Assembly: GCA_028534125.1 (NCBI GenBank)
Contig: CM052846.1
Span: forward strand, 496,001 to 560,000
From: Lama glama
Lineage: Eukaryota
Direction: 5' to 3'
DNA length: 64,000 nucleotides
Shown here: positions 12,735-25,190 of the stretch, in pieces
How the letters are laid out: each line of letters starts with the position of its first letter
Position numbering within the stretch: the stretch's first letter is position 1
Made by a program: the position numbers and the translations under genes
The notes under the pieces: model-generated
Seen by the model: only the letters and a program-made list of their open reading frames with translations
The model's database searches: none
Told to the model about the DNA's origin: nothing

Positions 12735-13090
12735 AGGACGACTGGGCTGCGAGTGGCAGGAACCTCACATCAGAGGCTTCGTCAGTAGGAGCTTTATTAT
12801 CTCCTACGACAAGGAGCCTGGAGTTAGCAAATAGCAAAGTTGGTCAATTCAGCACCTTCGTGATGTGACGACTTTGTTAGCGTCCCTGCACTTCTCACCT
12901 TCTCCTCACTCAGCTCTCAGCATCACACCGTCACGTGGTACCATCCAGAGACAGGAGCGAATAGACAGGAGCGAATAAGAGTTAGGCCTGTACTTCTAAA
13001 CAAATCAAATAGGAACACGTTTTTCCCAGCTCACCCAACGACTTTTTCAGTCTCACTGGCCAGATGTGAGTCAGGTGCTCCCAGCTGGAT
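12735..13090 (-). mobile_element. MaLR LTR remnant (MLT1J/K-like)
   Basis: tttattatctc...caaggagcctggag...gttggtcaattcagc and gtctcactggccaga..gagtcaggtgc match the MLT1J/K consensus. Contains a 14-bp duplication at 12949-12976. Confidence 0.6.
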
Positions 13091-13104
13091 GATTAACGAG
13101 CTGC

Positions 13105-13757
13105 CATTTCAGTTCAAGAAGACAGACACTAACCAAAGTTGGCGAGGGTGCATAGAGACTGGGACCCTCACACGCTGCTGGTGGGAACGTAAAAGGCTAC
13201 GGCTACTTCGAAAAGAGTTTGGCAGTTTAACAGAAATTTCAACATTAGCTTGTCTTACGACCCAGCGATTTTATTCATAGGTATTTACCCAAAAGGAACG
13301 AAAATGTATGTCCGTAAGAAGACTTGTACCCGAAAGTTCACAGCAGTGTCATTCACACCAGAAAACAGCTGGAAACAAGGCAGACGTCTGTCAGCTGGTG
13401 AAACAAACAGACAACAAAGTGTGAGCTGAAACACGTAAACGTGAATGAACCCGGAAAACGCTGTGCTATAAAGGGCAGCAGGTACACGTAACAAAAGGTG
13501 GCATGACTCCATTTTCATAAAATGTCCGGAGAAGGTGGATCTGTAGAGAAGAAGTCGATTAGGGCTGCCCGCGTCGGGTGGCAACGGGAGCAGCAGCGGG
13601 TGGGGAGTCACATCTTTCAGGCTGCTAGGAAGGCTCTGAACCTGGCTTGTGGGGACTGTAGCACGACTCTGTACTTTTACTAAAAACCGTTAGATTCTTC
13701 TTAAAGTGAATTGATTTATGGTACGGAAGTTATGCCTCAATAAAATTGTTTAAAAAT
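13105..13757 (+). mobile_element. L1MB/MC-type 3' end (ORF2 C-terminus and 3' UTR)
   Basis: ctcacacgctgctggtgggaacgtaaaa...tttggcagtt...gacccagcgatt...ggtatttacccaa, ending in ttatgcctcaataaa...aaaaa. Confidence 0.85.
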
Positions 13758-14049
13758 ATATAGCACAGAAATTAAATAACCAGCAAATAGCCAGCAGAAA
13801 ACAGAGATTCATGCTGAAAAGTCTGTACACGATCTCTGTTGCTCTCTCAGCTAGAAAGTCGATTATAGAAAGGCGAAGAGGAGACAGGATTCTTGTTCTC
13901 AGGGGCCGCCCAGCCCTGCCCACCACTGGTGTGGCTCGGAGGGGACGCCTGACTCTCCTGGCCTCCCACTGGCCCAGTAAGCAGAGTCAAAGGTTAGAAT
14001 CCTATTAGCTGAATGAGCAGAACATACTTTCATAGCTTTTCTCTTGATT

Positions 14050-14165
14050 TCTTTTATCTCTGTACCATCCTGTGAGGCAGGCTGGACGGATATTTCGGGT
14101 CCCTTTTAGATCATAAAATGGCAGACCTGTTACTAAGATGAAGTCACGTCTGGCTTTCAAACAGC
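14050..14165 (-). mobile_element. MIR fragment
   Basis: catcctgtgaggcagg...ccttttagat resembles the MIR core. Heavily decayed. Confidence 0.35.
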
Positions 14166-14304
14166 TTCCAAGCCCTCTTTCCTTCCGTGCTCAGCCCCGC
14201 CTTCCCGTCCTCCTGGGCAGCTTCGCGTCTAGTACCAGAGTGACATAAAAGTCCTCCTCCTGCTCCTTTTTCTCCTGACAGAGAGAACAGCAAGGCTGTA
14301 TTCC

Positions 14305-15015
14305 TTTTTATTTGTCTTTTTATTGACGCATAGTTGATGTACAGTGTGTTATTTCCTGGTGTGCAGCCACATATACATATATTTTGCGTATTTTTCATTA
14401 TAGGTCATTACAGATACTGGATATAGTTCCCTGTGCTGTACAGTAGGACCTTGCTGTTTATCTCTTTTATATGCAGTGGTGTGTGTCTGTTAATCCAAAA
14501 CTCCTGATTTATCCCCCACCTTTGCCCTTTGGTAACCCACTGTAAGTTCGTTTCCTATGTCTGTGAGTCTGTTTCTGTTTTGTAAATAAGTTCATTTGTA
14601 TCATTTTTTAGATTTCACATATAAGTTATATCATATGGTATCTGTCTTTCTCTGTCTGACTGACTTCACTTAGTATGATGATCTCTNNNNNNNNNNNNNN
14701 NNNNNNNNNNNNNNNNNNNNNNNNNNNNNNNNNNNNNNNNNNNNNNNNNNNNNNNNNNNNNNNNNNNNNNNNNNNNNNNNNNNNNNNNNNNNNNNNNNNN
14801 NNNNNNNNNNNNNNNNNNNNNNNNNNNNNNNNNNNNNNNNNNNNNNNNNNNNNNNNNNNNNNNNCTTTTCAAATTAGAGTTCTCTCTGGATAGATGCCCA
14901 GGGGCGGGGTTGCTGGGTCACACGGCAACTCTAGCTTTAGTTTTTAAGGAATCTTCTCCATACTGTTTTCCATCGTGGCTGCACTGAATTACGTTCCCGC
15001 CAGCAGTGCAGGAGG
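14305..15015 (-). mobile_element. cetartiodactyl-type L1 3' end spanning an assembly gap
   Basis: atagttccctgtgctgtacagtaggacc...tatgtctgtgagtctgtttctgttttgtaaataagttcatttg...cttcacttagtatga, resuming after the Ns with ctccatactgttttccatcgtggctgcac. Confidence 0.9.
14687..14864. other. assembly gap (178 N)
   Basis: Run of N inside an L1 copy. Confidence 0.99.
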
Positions 15016-15489
15016 GCTCCCAAGGCTGTGTTCCTTGAGCAAATCTGCGTTGAAAGTCTGCTCAGGAGTGCGCGGAGAGCCAGCTCCAGGACAGCCTTTT
15101 TGGCCTGGAGGGAAATCACGCTTCTGCAAACGATTTTGTGAGCTGCCCTCCTTTTCCCAAGCTGAGTCTAATTTAAATTGGATCTGACCGTTTTCTCCAG
15201 ACTGAGTGATTACAGAACCTGGTGCAACGGCCACAGCAGTTCTGAGTCGAGGAAACACCCCCCTCGGACCGCGTCCTGTGCTCCTCACTCGGGTCCCGAG
15301 GAAGGCACAGCTGTTCCCCTCACAGGTGAGGGCGCTGGGGCTTCGGTCAGACTTAGCCGAGAAGTGGGGAGTGCAGACTCCACCTGGGCTGCCTGCGGGG
15401 CTCTGAGCGCGTGCCCGTGACCCCGACCCAGGACCGACCTGCTCCTGCGCTCGCAGGTGTGGAGGGAGGGGACCGGGGTCCGGTCACTC

Positions 15490-16065
15490 AGCTCCAGTCA
15501 GCTCAGGCTGCAGCAGCAAACAGCACGGACGTGGAGCCTTAACCAGCAGGCGCCTGTTTCTCGCAGACTGGAGACCCACGAGTCGAGGTCAGGGAGCCGG
15601 CAGGTTCAGTGTCTGCTGGGGCCTCTTCCAGCTTGGCGGGCGGCCACCTTCTGGCTGTGTCCTCACGGGGCCCTGAGGGAGAGAGGGAGAGAGGTCTTTC
15701 TCATGTCTCTTCTTTTGTTTTTGTTTTTGCTTTGCATTTTTGTTTTTTTAAAATTGTTTTTTAATTGAGTTATAGTCATTTTACAATGTTGTGTCAAATT
15801 CCAGTGTGGGCACAAGTTTTCAGTTATACATGAACATGCATATATTCATTGTCACGTTTGTTTTTCACTGTGAGCCACTACAAGATCTTGTGTCTATTTC
15901 CCTGTGCTGCACAGTGCCATCTTGTTTACTCACGTCTCTTCTTACAGTACCCCTACCCCAGTCCTGGAGTCTCCACCCTTCCCATTTCGTCTGAACCGCC
16001 CCACCTCCAGGTACCACTGCACAGTGAACCAAGGCCTCCACACACCCATCGGGGGACGCAGGCAC
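15490..16065 (-). mobile_element. MLT1A-like MaLR LTR, split by a younger L1 insertion
   Basis: The left part (gctcaggctgc...gccaccttctggctgtgtcctcac...gtctcttct) and right part (tcttcttacag...gccccacctccaggtacca) are colinear with the MLT1A consensus. Confidence 0.75.
15715..15928 (-). mobile_element. 5'-truncated L1 3' end with 15-bp target site duplication
   Basis: T-rich tail followed by ttaattgagttatagtcattttacaatgttgtgtcaaat. TSD is CTCATGTCTCTTCTT (15700-15714) / CTCACGTCTCTTCTT (15929-15943). Confidence 0.88.
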
Positions 16066-16214
16066 CTGGGGCACGGCACCATGTAGTTCTGGGCACTGGT
16101 GCATGAGTCTCCGCCCGCTGTCCAGAGACCACCGCGCACACAGCTGTGAAGGAAAAGCAGTCTCGTCATTAGACAGAGACAGATAGTGACCGCGGTGTCC
16201 TTGGTGTGGTGGCC

Positions 16215-16714
16215 NNNNNNNNNNNNNNNNNNNNNNNNNNNNNNNNNNNNNNNNNNNNNNNNNNNNNNNNNNNNNNNNNNNNNNNNNNNNNNNNNNNNNN
16301 NNNNNNNNNNNNNNNNNNNNNNNNNNNNNNNNNNNNNNNNNNNNNNNNNNNNNNNNNNNNNNNNNNNNNNNNNNNNNNNNNNNNNNNNNNNNNNNNNNNN
16401 NNNNNNNNNNNNNNNNNNNNNNNNNNNNNNNNNNNNNNNNNNNNNNNNNNNNNNNNNNNNNNNNNNNNNNNNNNNNNNNNNNNNNNNNNNNNNNNNNNNN
16501 NNNNNNNNNNNNNNNNNNNNNNNNNNNNNNNNNNNNNNNNNNNNNNNNNNNNNNNNNNNNNNNNNNNNNNNNNNNNNNNNNNNNNNNNNNNNNNNNNNNN
16601 NNNNNNNNNNNNNNNNNNNNNNNNNNNNNNNNNNNNNNNNNNNNNNNNNNNNNNNNNNNNNNNNNNNNNNNNNNNNNNNNNNNNNNNNNNNNNNNNNNNN
16701 NNNNNNNNNNNNNN
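16215..16714. other. assembly gap (500 N)
   Basis: Run of exactly 500 N. Confidence 0.99.
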
Positions 16715-17509
16715 GTGGCGACGATACGGTGCCCGGAGTCCTCGTCTCCTCGTCCGTGGTTCCTGTGGATTCGGTGTCAATTTCATCACTTTCTTCAACA
16801 TTCTTTGCGCTGCTGTTTACGTTGCGTGAGCGTCTCACCCTGAAAGATCGTGGAAGAGCTGTTGATGTTGGGTCCCCGTGAAGGTGCGTCTTTCTCCCCT
16901 CCCTGCCTGCAGCCCCTCCCGCCGCGGCTCCGCTCTCGGCAGGAGCCACCGTGGGGGTGAAGACAGCTGGGTGCGTGTCTTCGGGTTCCTTTTCTAAGGA
17001 GCTGCACTCACATGTTCAGACCTTCCTTCCTCCCCTCTCCCTCCCTTCTTTCCTTCTAAAAAGATCACAAATAGGGTTCTTTCTGCAACTTTCCGTTCGC
17101 AAGGAAAGGCAGTCAGGGAGCTCTGCGGTCACTCCGCAGCAGTTCGTGTGGCCCGCGTCACGCCTGCTGGAGGCCGAGTGCTGGCTCGTTGTGCAGAGGG
17201 TCCCCGAGTTGTTTCCTGACAGATGTGTTGATTCCGAATTTCTGCTCTTACAAATATTGCTGCCGTAATGTTCTTTCTTAAACCTCTTTGGCATATGTCA
17301 ACTATCCGGGAAGTGGAATTCTTGGATCTGCTTTAAAATGCCTTTAAAGCGTCTGCCTTGCCTGCCCTTCAGAAAGACTTCGTCGGTTTATACCTCCGCC
17401 AAGAACGTTTGAGAATAAACGTTTTCCCTCATTCTTACCAACACTGAATGTTAGCAACCTTTTTAAAAGAATTACACCAATTCATGGTTTTCATTCATCA
17501 ATGAAAAAA

Positions 17510-17710
17510 ACATGGCAGAGGAGTGAGCTGTTTTGGGAGCCGGACTGATAGGGTTTAAATTCAGACCCCTCCACAGCTAACCGTGTGCGGAGGGCAAGTT
17601 CCCCCACTTCCCCGGGCTCCGCGCCCTGTCCTCACCACAAGGCCTTCGATGTCTGCAGAGGCCAGGCCCTGAATGGGTCGCTGGCCAGCGGCGAGCACTC
17701 AGCAGTTATC
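17510..17710 (+). mobile_element. MIR SINE
   Basis: ggagccggactg..agggtttaaattcagacccctccacagctaaccgtgtg..gggcaagtt..ccacttccccgggctcc. Confidence 0.6.
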
Positions 17711-20700
17711 CGCATTTCATTGGTTTTGTTACGACTTCATTCGCAGTTACGTGTTTACTGGCCACTTGAAAATCTTACTAGGGATACTTGATGTAATTTG
17801 TGTCTGGTAGGCTCTCTTTTCCTCAAAAATTTGGAATACTTTATGTACACACACATACGTATATGTATGATATTAAATATTTAACTGTTGTCTGATTCTA
17901 TGTTAAAAATATTCCCTGGAGATATTCATACGTCCTGTAACGTTGCACAGGCTGGTCTATAAGGCGACAGAAGTGTCTGCCTGTCCCACTGTGATTTGCA
18001 CTGTTAATGACGAATCAGGCAATCTTCCCCAACCAAGATCTTTGGGGAAAAAATCCTAAAGCCTTACACTGTTGGGCTGATTATCTCCTTAATCCTTCTG
18101 AAATGCTGACATTCGTTGTTAGCGTTCAATGCGAGGTACCTAGTTTCCCTTTTTTAGATAAAACGCGTTTGTGTGAATAGTGCCATGTTTTCTGTACTTA
18201 CTTGAAATGACACCTCTGTACCTACTTGTACGACAAATACCGGAACATCCATGGATTTGCTTCCCACTCTCAAATTCTGTACCATTCGTGATTTTTTATA
18301 TTAATACTCCAAGTGCTTTTACAAGTTTCTTTTCCTTTTTGATACGGCGATTAGTAAACGGGTGGAGCAACAGCAGCTGACTCCTAGTTCTCCCTTCTCC
18401 CCCAAACTTCCACGTCCCCGCTGGGCGTTTTCCCCAGCTGTTCTTCTCGTGTGTGGGTGTGTGCGCGCGTCATCATCAGGGTGTATTTTTCCAGCGTGTT
18501 TTCTGGCTTACACTGTGTGCTGACCTGTGAGGCAGCGGCCGACTCTGCGTGGGGTGGTACTCACGGAACTTCCTCGTTCAAATCGTCTGTCTGATTTGCA
18601 TGGCTTGCCCGTAGACTCTGCTGATGCTTCTGCAGGAGGGGGTCTTGCCGAGGAAGATTAGGGCAGCTCTGCCCAGGCCTTTGCACTCCTCATGCTGCTC
18701 AGTGTTTACTTCGGCATTGTCACTGGCGAGGCCTGCGGTGCGATGTTGGAGAGGGCTGTCTCTCTCCTTTTCTTTCCCCTGACTCTAGAAGGAATGCTGC
18801 TGGTCGGTCATCTTGCATAGCGTTGCTTTAGGCTTCTGTGAAAGGCCTTTGTAACATTCAAGACGTTTCCATCTGTTTCCAGCTTGCCAGGAAGTTTGTT
18901 CACTGAGACATGCCCGTTAGATTTTATCCAGTGCTGTTCGGCCGTTATTAAGACGACCAGAGTGGGTTTCCCTTTTAATCTGCTATCATACACTGGTATC
19001 TTTTTTTTTTTTTTGATGTGAAACCATTTTGGTATTCCTGAGTTAAACTTAATTTGTCCTGAAAAAGTATTCTATTAATTCACAGCTGGACTTGATTCAT
19101 TCATATTTTATTTAGGAGTCTTACAAAAAAAGAAATTTCCCCTTTGAGGTTTTTGCTTGGTTTTGGCATCAGAGTTAGGCTGGCTTCATAAGAAGGTCCT
19201 ATTTTCTGAAACAGTTGGAATTTCTCTGATAAACTCATGTGGGATGGCGTGATTTTGTTGTTTTGTTTTATTTCTGATTGTTACGGGCAGCTCTGTTCTT
19301 CTAGAAAATTTCTGAAAGCATTTGAGAAAGTCATGAACACATTCCTATTGTTTCGCTTTGTTTTTCCAGGTCTTCTCAAGGGACTTGAGTAAGTCCCCTT
19401 TTTCCAGAATGTCCCCTCTCTCCCTCGCTCTCGCTCCTTCCCTCTCCGTCTCTGTCTCTCCGACTTCAGCTGCCAGCTGTTAAGAGGCAGGTGTGGCGGA
19501 AGCTCCTGCCTGTGGATTTTCCAGCCTCTCCTTGTGTTTCCGTCAGATTTTGTGAGCGCACACGCACACACACGTTTGTGTAGCTTTAGCTTTGCAGTTT
19601 GATGCGTACGAGGTTGTGACTGTTGCACCTCCTTACTGGCTTGAGCGCTGTATTGATGCTGGATGCCTACTTCACCCTATTCAGTGCTTTCTACTTTACT
19701 CTGTTTTCGGACGTCAGTCTTGCTATGCCACACCATTTTATAATTTTCATTATCATTTGTCTGGTTATATATTTTTATATCTTTAAAAAAATCCATTTGC
19801 CTTTGAATTTCAGTGGGATCCCTCTCACAGTCTACGTACAGCTGAATTTTGTTTTTCATAGTTTAAAATGGACTTTTTTTGTGACTGTGGTACACCTTGA
19901 TTCTACTGATTTTATTTGTTTCTATCTTGCCCTTTGCTGCATTGCTTTTTTTCCATATTTTGTTTCATTAAGTTTCCTCCCTAGTAATTTGGAACGTGCG
20001 TGTCTCTTCCTGTTCTTCCAGCGGTCACACTTACATTTTTAACAACCTCAAGGGTTTCGCCAGCAGCTACAGTACCTATAGCTCCCTGTTACATAAGAAT
20101 GAAAATGCTCGTGTTCTTACACTCCCTGCCCCCCGTCTGGCAGACCGCACCGCCGAGAACATCTGGGGTTTTAGTTCCAGATGGTTATTTTACACATTTG
20201 TAAAATCTCAAGCACCAACAGTTATTTAAACTCCACTGTAACTTTCAGTGTTTTCTTTGATCGCGCGTCGTCCTTGTGTCCCTTGGTTTTGTTATTACTG
20301 GATTATCCTTTCCTAAGTGTTTTTTCAGAAGAATCTGTGGGTGGCACGATTCCCGAGTCTTTGTGGGTCCAAAAGTCTTTATTTTGCCCCTAATACTTGA
20401 ATGCGGGTTCGACAGGGTGTGGTATCTGGGTTCAAAATCACAACCTCGGTCTGTTTCCTTCCTGCCCCCAGTGTTGCTGTGGAGAATGAGCTATCAGTGT
20501 GACCCCTGTGTCTTTGTGAGTGATCCACTGTTTTGCCTTTGGGACTTTTGAGGATTTTTCTTCATGTGAAGTGTTCGGACGGTGCACAGTGATGTTTGAA
20601 GTCACGGGCCTTTTAAAACTCGTTCTTTGGCACAGAATGGGGCCTTTTAACCAGAAGAACTGGGCCTGCCTTCAGCTGTAAGTAAACTGCTTCAGTTGCT

Positions 20701-20770
20701 TTGATCTTCTGTTTACTCCTCTTTTCCAGAACTCTTCTCCGTGTCTCTCTCTTTTCTCTATGTGTTTATG

Positions 20771-20880
20771 TATATATTTTTATTGAAGTGCAGTCAGTTT
20801 ACAGCGCTGCGTCAATCTGGTGCACAGCACAGCATCCCAGTCATGCGTATGCTGACATATATTCGTTTCCATGTTCCTTG
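20771..20880 (-). mobile_element. short L1 3'-terminal fragment nested in older L1
   Basis: tttttattgaagtgcagtcagtttacagcgctgcgtcaatctggtgcacagcacagcatcccagtcatgc is paralogous to the copies at 35935 and 45118. Confidence 0.8.
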
Positions 20881-22809
20881 TCCTTAAGCTGTCTCTTGGA
20901 CTTTCTGTGTCTTAAGATTTTTCTGGGAGGAACCATCCGCTTGGTTTTCTGGCTGATCAGGTCACTCAGCTGCGTCCATTCTGGTGTCGCTCGAGCGCTC
21001 ATCTTACTGTGAAGACCGCGTTTCCTGTCCCAAGGTCTGGCTGTTTCTGACTGGGGATCTGGTATTACCGGGAGTAGCCCTGAGGGTGTTAACGGGATTT
21101 AACGGCTTTACCTTTGTTCTCCTAAGTCTCTGGGAAATGAGCACTGGTTCCCTTCGGGTGCTGCGTGAGTCCTGTTTTGGATGTGTCTCTCCTGATCTGA
21201 GTCTCTGTCTGGTGCTGCGTCTTCCTGACCGTGTTCCGGGCCGTGAGGCTCCCGTTGCGATGCTGAGCGTGATGTGCCCGCTGGGGTCTGGCTTTGGGCG
21301 CAGGGATCTTCCGTCCTGGGAGAAACCACCCCCGAGGTCTTAACTTCTTGGTGTCTCTTCGACTCAGTGCTCGCACAAACGCGGAGCCAAACACCCAGGC
21401 GGGGGTGCGGGGACGGCCGCCTGCGCGACTCTGAGCACAGCCTCGAGTCCCCCGCTGCGCGCTTTTTCTATAAACTCTGTGCTCGGGACTCCTTGGGCTT
21501 CTCCATCCACAAGCCTTCGCTTTGAGAGGAATGTACTTCGGACCCGTCTCCCTGGTGTCACTTGTTTTTCACAGCTCTGATCCCTCCTTTGTGCTGTTCA
21601 GAGGACCACGGACACTTCTGGCTCACTGGTACAAGCCCTGTTCTTCAGGGCTCTCACCGGCTTCCTCTTTCTCCCCCTACGTGTCTTCCTGTCGCCTCAC
21701 AGGATGTGGGATGGGTAAAGGGACCCGCGTGGCTCAGACGTGCCTTCCCAGCCGAGCCTCTGCGCTGTCTGTCCGAGGCGGTCTTCCTCTGAGGAGCAGG
21801 GACTCGGTGTCCTGGCCCGAGGCAGAGGTCTTCCGTTTCCCACTCGCTGACGTTCGCGCGTGCCTGTTGTGGGTGGAGTGTGGGGCCAGGGGCAGGTGTC
21901 ACACCGTGAACCTTTTCCTTCAGTGCCAGCCCCCCCTTAGTGTGCTCCTTGAAAAATGCCTCATAGTGCGGAAAGAGTCATGGGAAAAAGGGTGACAGAG
22001 TGACAAGACCGTCCCCTGGGGAAGGGGTGGGGGGACCAGCATGGACACGGCGGCTTTGAGCTGCTGCTGCGAGAAGTCGCAGTTTGCAGTCGGAGAAGGG
22101 GGTGGCCTGAGCAGTGGTGGGCGGGGGGTGGAGCATTACAGGCAGGAGCGCGTAGCAGCGGGGCCAGAGCGCGTGGTCGCTTCGCAAGTGTCAGGTGCCC
22201 TGCTCTGGTCACCCCGGATGTCGGGGGGAAGGCCAAGGGAGGAGCTGCCGGGGGAGGTGAGACAGGGCCCCGAAGGCAGGGTCTGGCGGGCGTCGGTTGT
22301 CCCCCGGGGGTCTCTATGGATGGACCCACAGTTCCCAGTGCAGTGACACTGGCTCATTTACGCTGTGGACCCAGCACCTCTGATTCCCCAGGAAGCCCTG
22401 AAAGGGGTGTCCAGACAGTGGGCGGAGGCAGGGGCTTCTGCTCTCCTGCTCGGCAGGGCCTCTGTGGACAGGCGGACGGCCGCGTCTGTCTGCGGTGCAG
22501 ACTCCATTGTTCTGCGTTTCTGTCTGATGACAGCATGAGGCTCGCCTGACGCGCCACTTACCGCGATCTGGGCCCTGGTCATTGGGCAGCATGGCCTCTA
22601 ACTGAAAATAAATGCTGACTTACTGTCAGAGAAATAGAGCATCGCGGAAATGAGACAGGTGTGCTAAGAACGCGAGCGGTCGTCAGACTTGGATGAAGGG
22701 AGACGGAGCCCAGAGCGTGTGTAAATGAGCCCACGGCTGGTGCCACCGAGGGGCAGGACCCAGGACTCTGCAGGCAGGCGACAGGGCTCTCACGGCACGT
22801 GCCCTACTT

Positions 22810-22960
22810 GCTTCTCAGACGCGTTGTGGCGGCCAGGCTGTTGTCACCTCGCCTCACACTTGAAGGCAACCTGACGGTCTTAGTAACTTGTCGAGAGGCC
22901 ACAGGTAGCGAGTGGTGGACTGAGCCAGGACCCAGCTCTCTCTGTTTCTCTGACTTTACG
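22810..22960 (-). mobile_element. MIR fragment
   Basis: tagtaacttgtcgagaggccacaggtagcgagtggtggactgagccaggacccag. Confidence 0.5.
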
Positions 22961-23719
22961 TTCCTCCGTTTTCACACTGTTCCTTGCTACCAGACACACC
23001 GTGTGCCACGTGAGTGTGGGGACTCTCACTCAGATGGTGGCCTTGCGATGACATTTGTGAGCTTTGTGGATGAGAACATTCACATCCTGAGGAAACTTAC
23101 CTTCCAGGGAGAGGTGAGCAGGCAAAGTGTCCGCTCACTGGACACGGGAACTATGAGTTTCACTGCACTGCGTGGCCAGCCTTCCCTCAGGGTCGGGGGC
23201 TCCACGCGACCCCGCCCTGTGGCCTGCCTTCCACCTGCCCTGTGCCAAGTCAGAGGTGAGGCCGGTGGAGGCTCCGGACGTGTCACCTAGCTTCCCCCAC
23301 GGCCGCCGCCCTCTCCGATGTGCTCCTCATCTCTGTGCTGTTTCTCTCTGAAAATGACGGGAGAAGAAATGCACCGCTTCGTTGTTCTCTTGTTGCAATA
23401 GATGTATTAGCTTTTTTTATTTTAGGAAACGAACAGTTCATTCCTGGTTCAGAAAGCCATCTACAACTCAGCTCTCCACCAGGCGTCGTGAGAGCCCTCG
23501 GTGGGGCTCGTGTGTGTGTGTCTGCGCAGGGAGCGTGGGGGGGGTTCTTTGCGGCCCCTCACAGGGGTCTCTGCTAGGAGCCACACGGGCCCAGTGCCCT
23601 GCTTTCCGAGGCGAGCAGCTGAAACGAGCCCCCTCCACTTGGTGTGAGCAGAGCTGTGGGGCCCAGAACACCCCCCCGGAGGGCGGGGGCTCCCGTGGAC
23701 GTGGTTAGTCCTCTTCACG

Positions 23720-23990
23720 GGGGATGAAGTGGAAATTGAGCTTTGCCGGCCCTGTCAGGGATAATTTCCCTTCTTCATTATTTATGGAAATCACTTACTT
23801 TATTTTAATTATCTGCTGTTTGTATCGTCCACGTGAAATGCCTTCTCTTTTATTTAAATGGCAAATAATTGCCGGTGGAATTACTCACTGGAAACTGGAG
23901 TCCACTCTTTTGATGGCTAGAAAGCCATGAATAATGAATGAGGGTGTTGTGTACTTGTTACAATTGCCAAATGGACACTGAAGGAGGACT
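23720..23990. promoter_or_regulatory. AT-rich island with MEIS, HOX and homeodomain motifs, candidate enhancer
   Basis: CTGTCA at 23752, TTTATGG at 23781, TAATTA at 23806, CACGTG at 23830, TAATTG at 23866. Sharp boundary with GC-rich DNA on the left. Confidence 0.4.
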
Positions 23991-25029
23991 TCACAGCCAC
24001 CGCTTACCCCCCGACTTTACTTCAGTAAAACCACCTCAGAAGCTCCGAAGGACGTGGACAGGCGGCAGACGGAGTAGGAACACTTCTTTATGTTCTTCCT
24101 TTTGTCGCTTCTTTCCTTCTTTCCACAAATACTGGTGCCTCGTTACTTTGGGGAAGGCTCTGTTAGGAGAAGTGAGGGAGAGGCGTCCAGTGCCTCCCAG
24201 GACAAAATCAACATTCACAAAAAACTGGACACTCGCAAGGGATACGCCCTGAGACCTTCAGGAATCCCCATGCTCACAAATCTTAACTACAGCATATAAT
24301 TTCCTACATAAAACGCAATGAAATATAACTGAAAAATTTAAGTGACCCTTTTGGACTCTCAATGATTCTATAAATAAAGGACTCAAGTAATTTATAAAGC
24401 CATTAAAATAAATTTTGCCGTTAAGAGAAACCATCCACTATGTGGCCCTCACATGGGCCGTTCCCAGCCACCCAGAGCACTTGCTGGAACGGTTTCATGA
24501 GTCTCTTTCGTCAGTTTCCACATGGAACGTGCGGAGGGGTCACTTGAGCCTGAACAACCACAGAATCTGAATCTTTGCTCTTAAGTTCACTTAAAAAAAA
24601 TGTTTCCTGGCCTCGGCCGTCACTTGATCACATTTCTCCCTTGTCTCGCTCTGCTCACCACCAACAGCAGACACCAGTTTTCCTACGAGAAACTTTCTCC
24701 CCCCTGGAGAGAACAAACGTTTTGCTGCCTTTTTAGCACGTGAAGGGAGATAAATGTGGGTCAGCGTGGAGACGGATGCCCTGGGCCTCCCCAGCTGCCA
24801 TCAGGAGCTCCTGGAGTCACTTCGAACATTAGCCCTGGAGTATTGGATTCAGATTCTGGCCTCGGCAAAATTGCAATATAGTATCAGCAATGAGACTTTG
24901 AAGACTTTGCATGTGGTCAAAGTGTTAATGTCAGTAATCACCAATGAGCAGTGTCTGCTGTAGGTAGATGGTCACTACCAGAAGAGAATAAATCCCCAGA
25001 GGAAAGGCCCAGATAAGAGTCTAAAATCA

Positions 25030-25190
25030 GAGCGTCAAGAAAGATCACGGAAGGCTTCCTGGAAGAGGCGGCATTTCCCCCAGACTTTGAGTTACAGGGA
25101 AAACTTAGAAATGCGTCAAAGCCTTTTTCAGTGGAGGAAACAGAGTGAGCAGAGGTGGAGGGGTGCGGGGACTTACGTGGGGAAGATGAA
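25030..25190 (-). mobile_element. L2 fragment
   Basis: tcacggaaggcttcctggaagaggcggcattt is a typical antisense L2 3' region motif. Confidence 0.55.

Larger units (their letters stand above)
17130..21500 (-). mobile_element. fragmented ancient L1 (L1M/ME-type), 3' end through ORF2 towards the 5' region
   Basis: Antisense L1 landmarks in order: gggaagtggaattcttggatc (17308), ccctcattcttaccaacactg (17426), aaaccattttggtattcctgagttaaac (19021), ggttttggcatcagagttaggctggcttcata (19159). May be several elements. Confidence 0.7.

Noticed and set aside
15942-16949. Long ORFs containing X runs (also at 14.7 kb and 48-49 kb)
   Set aside because: Artefacts of translating through N gaps.
23426-23487. 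Possible + strand exon after ttttttattttag
   Set aside because: Weak donor (GTC|gtgaga) and no recognisable peptide in any frame.
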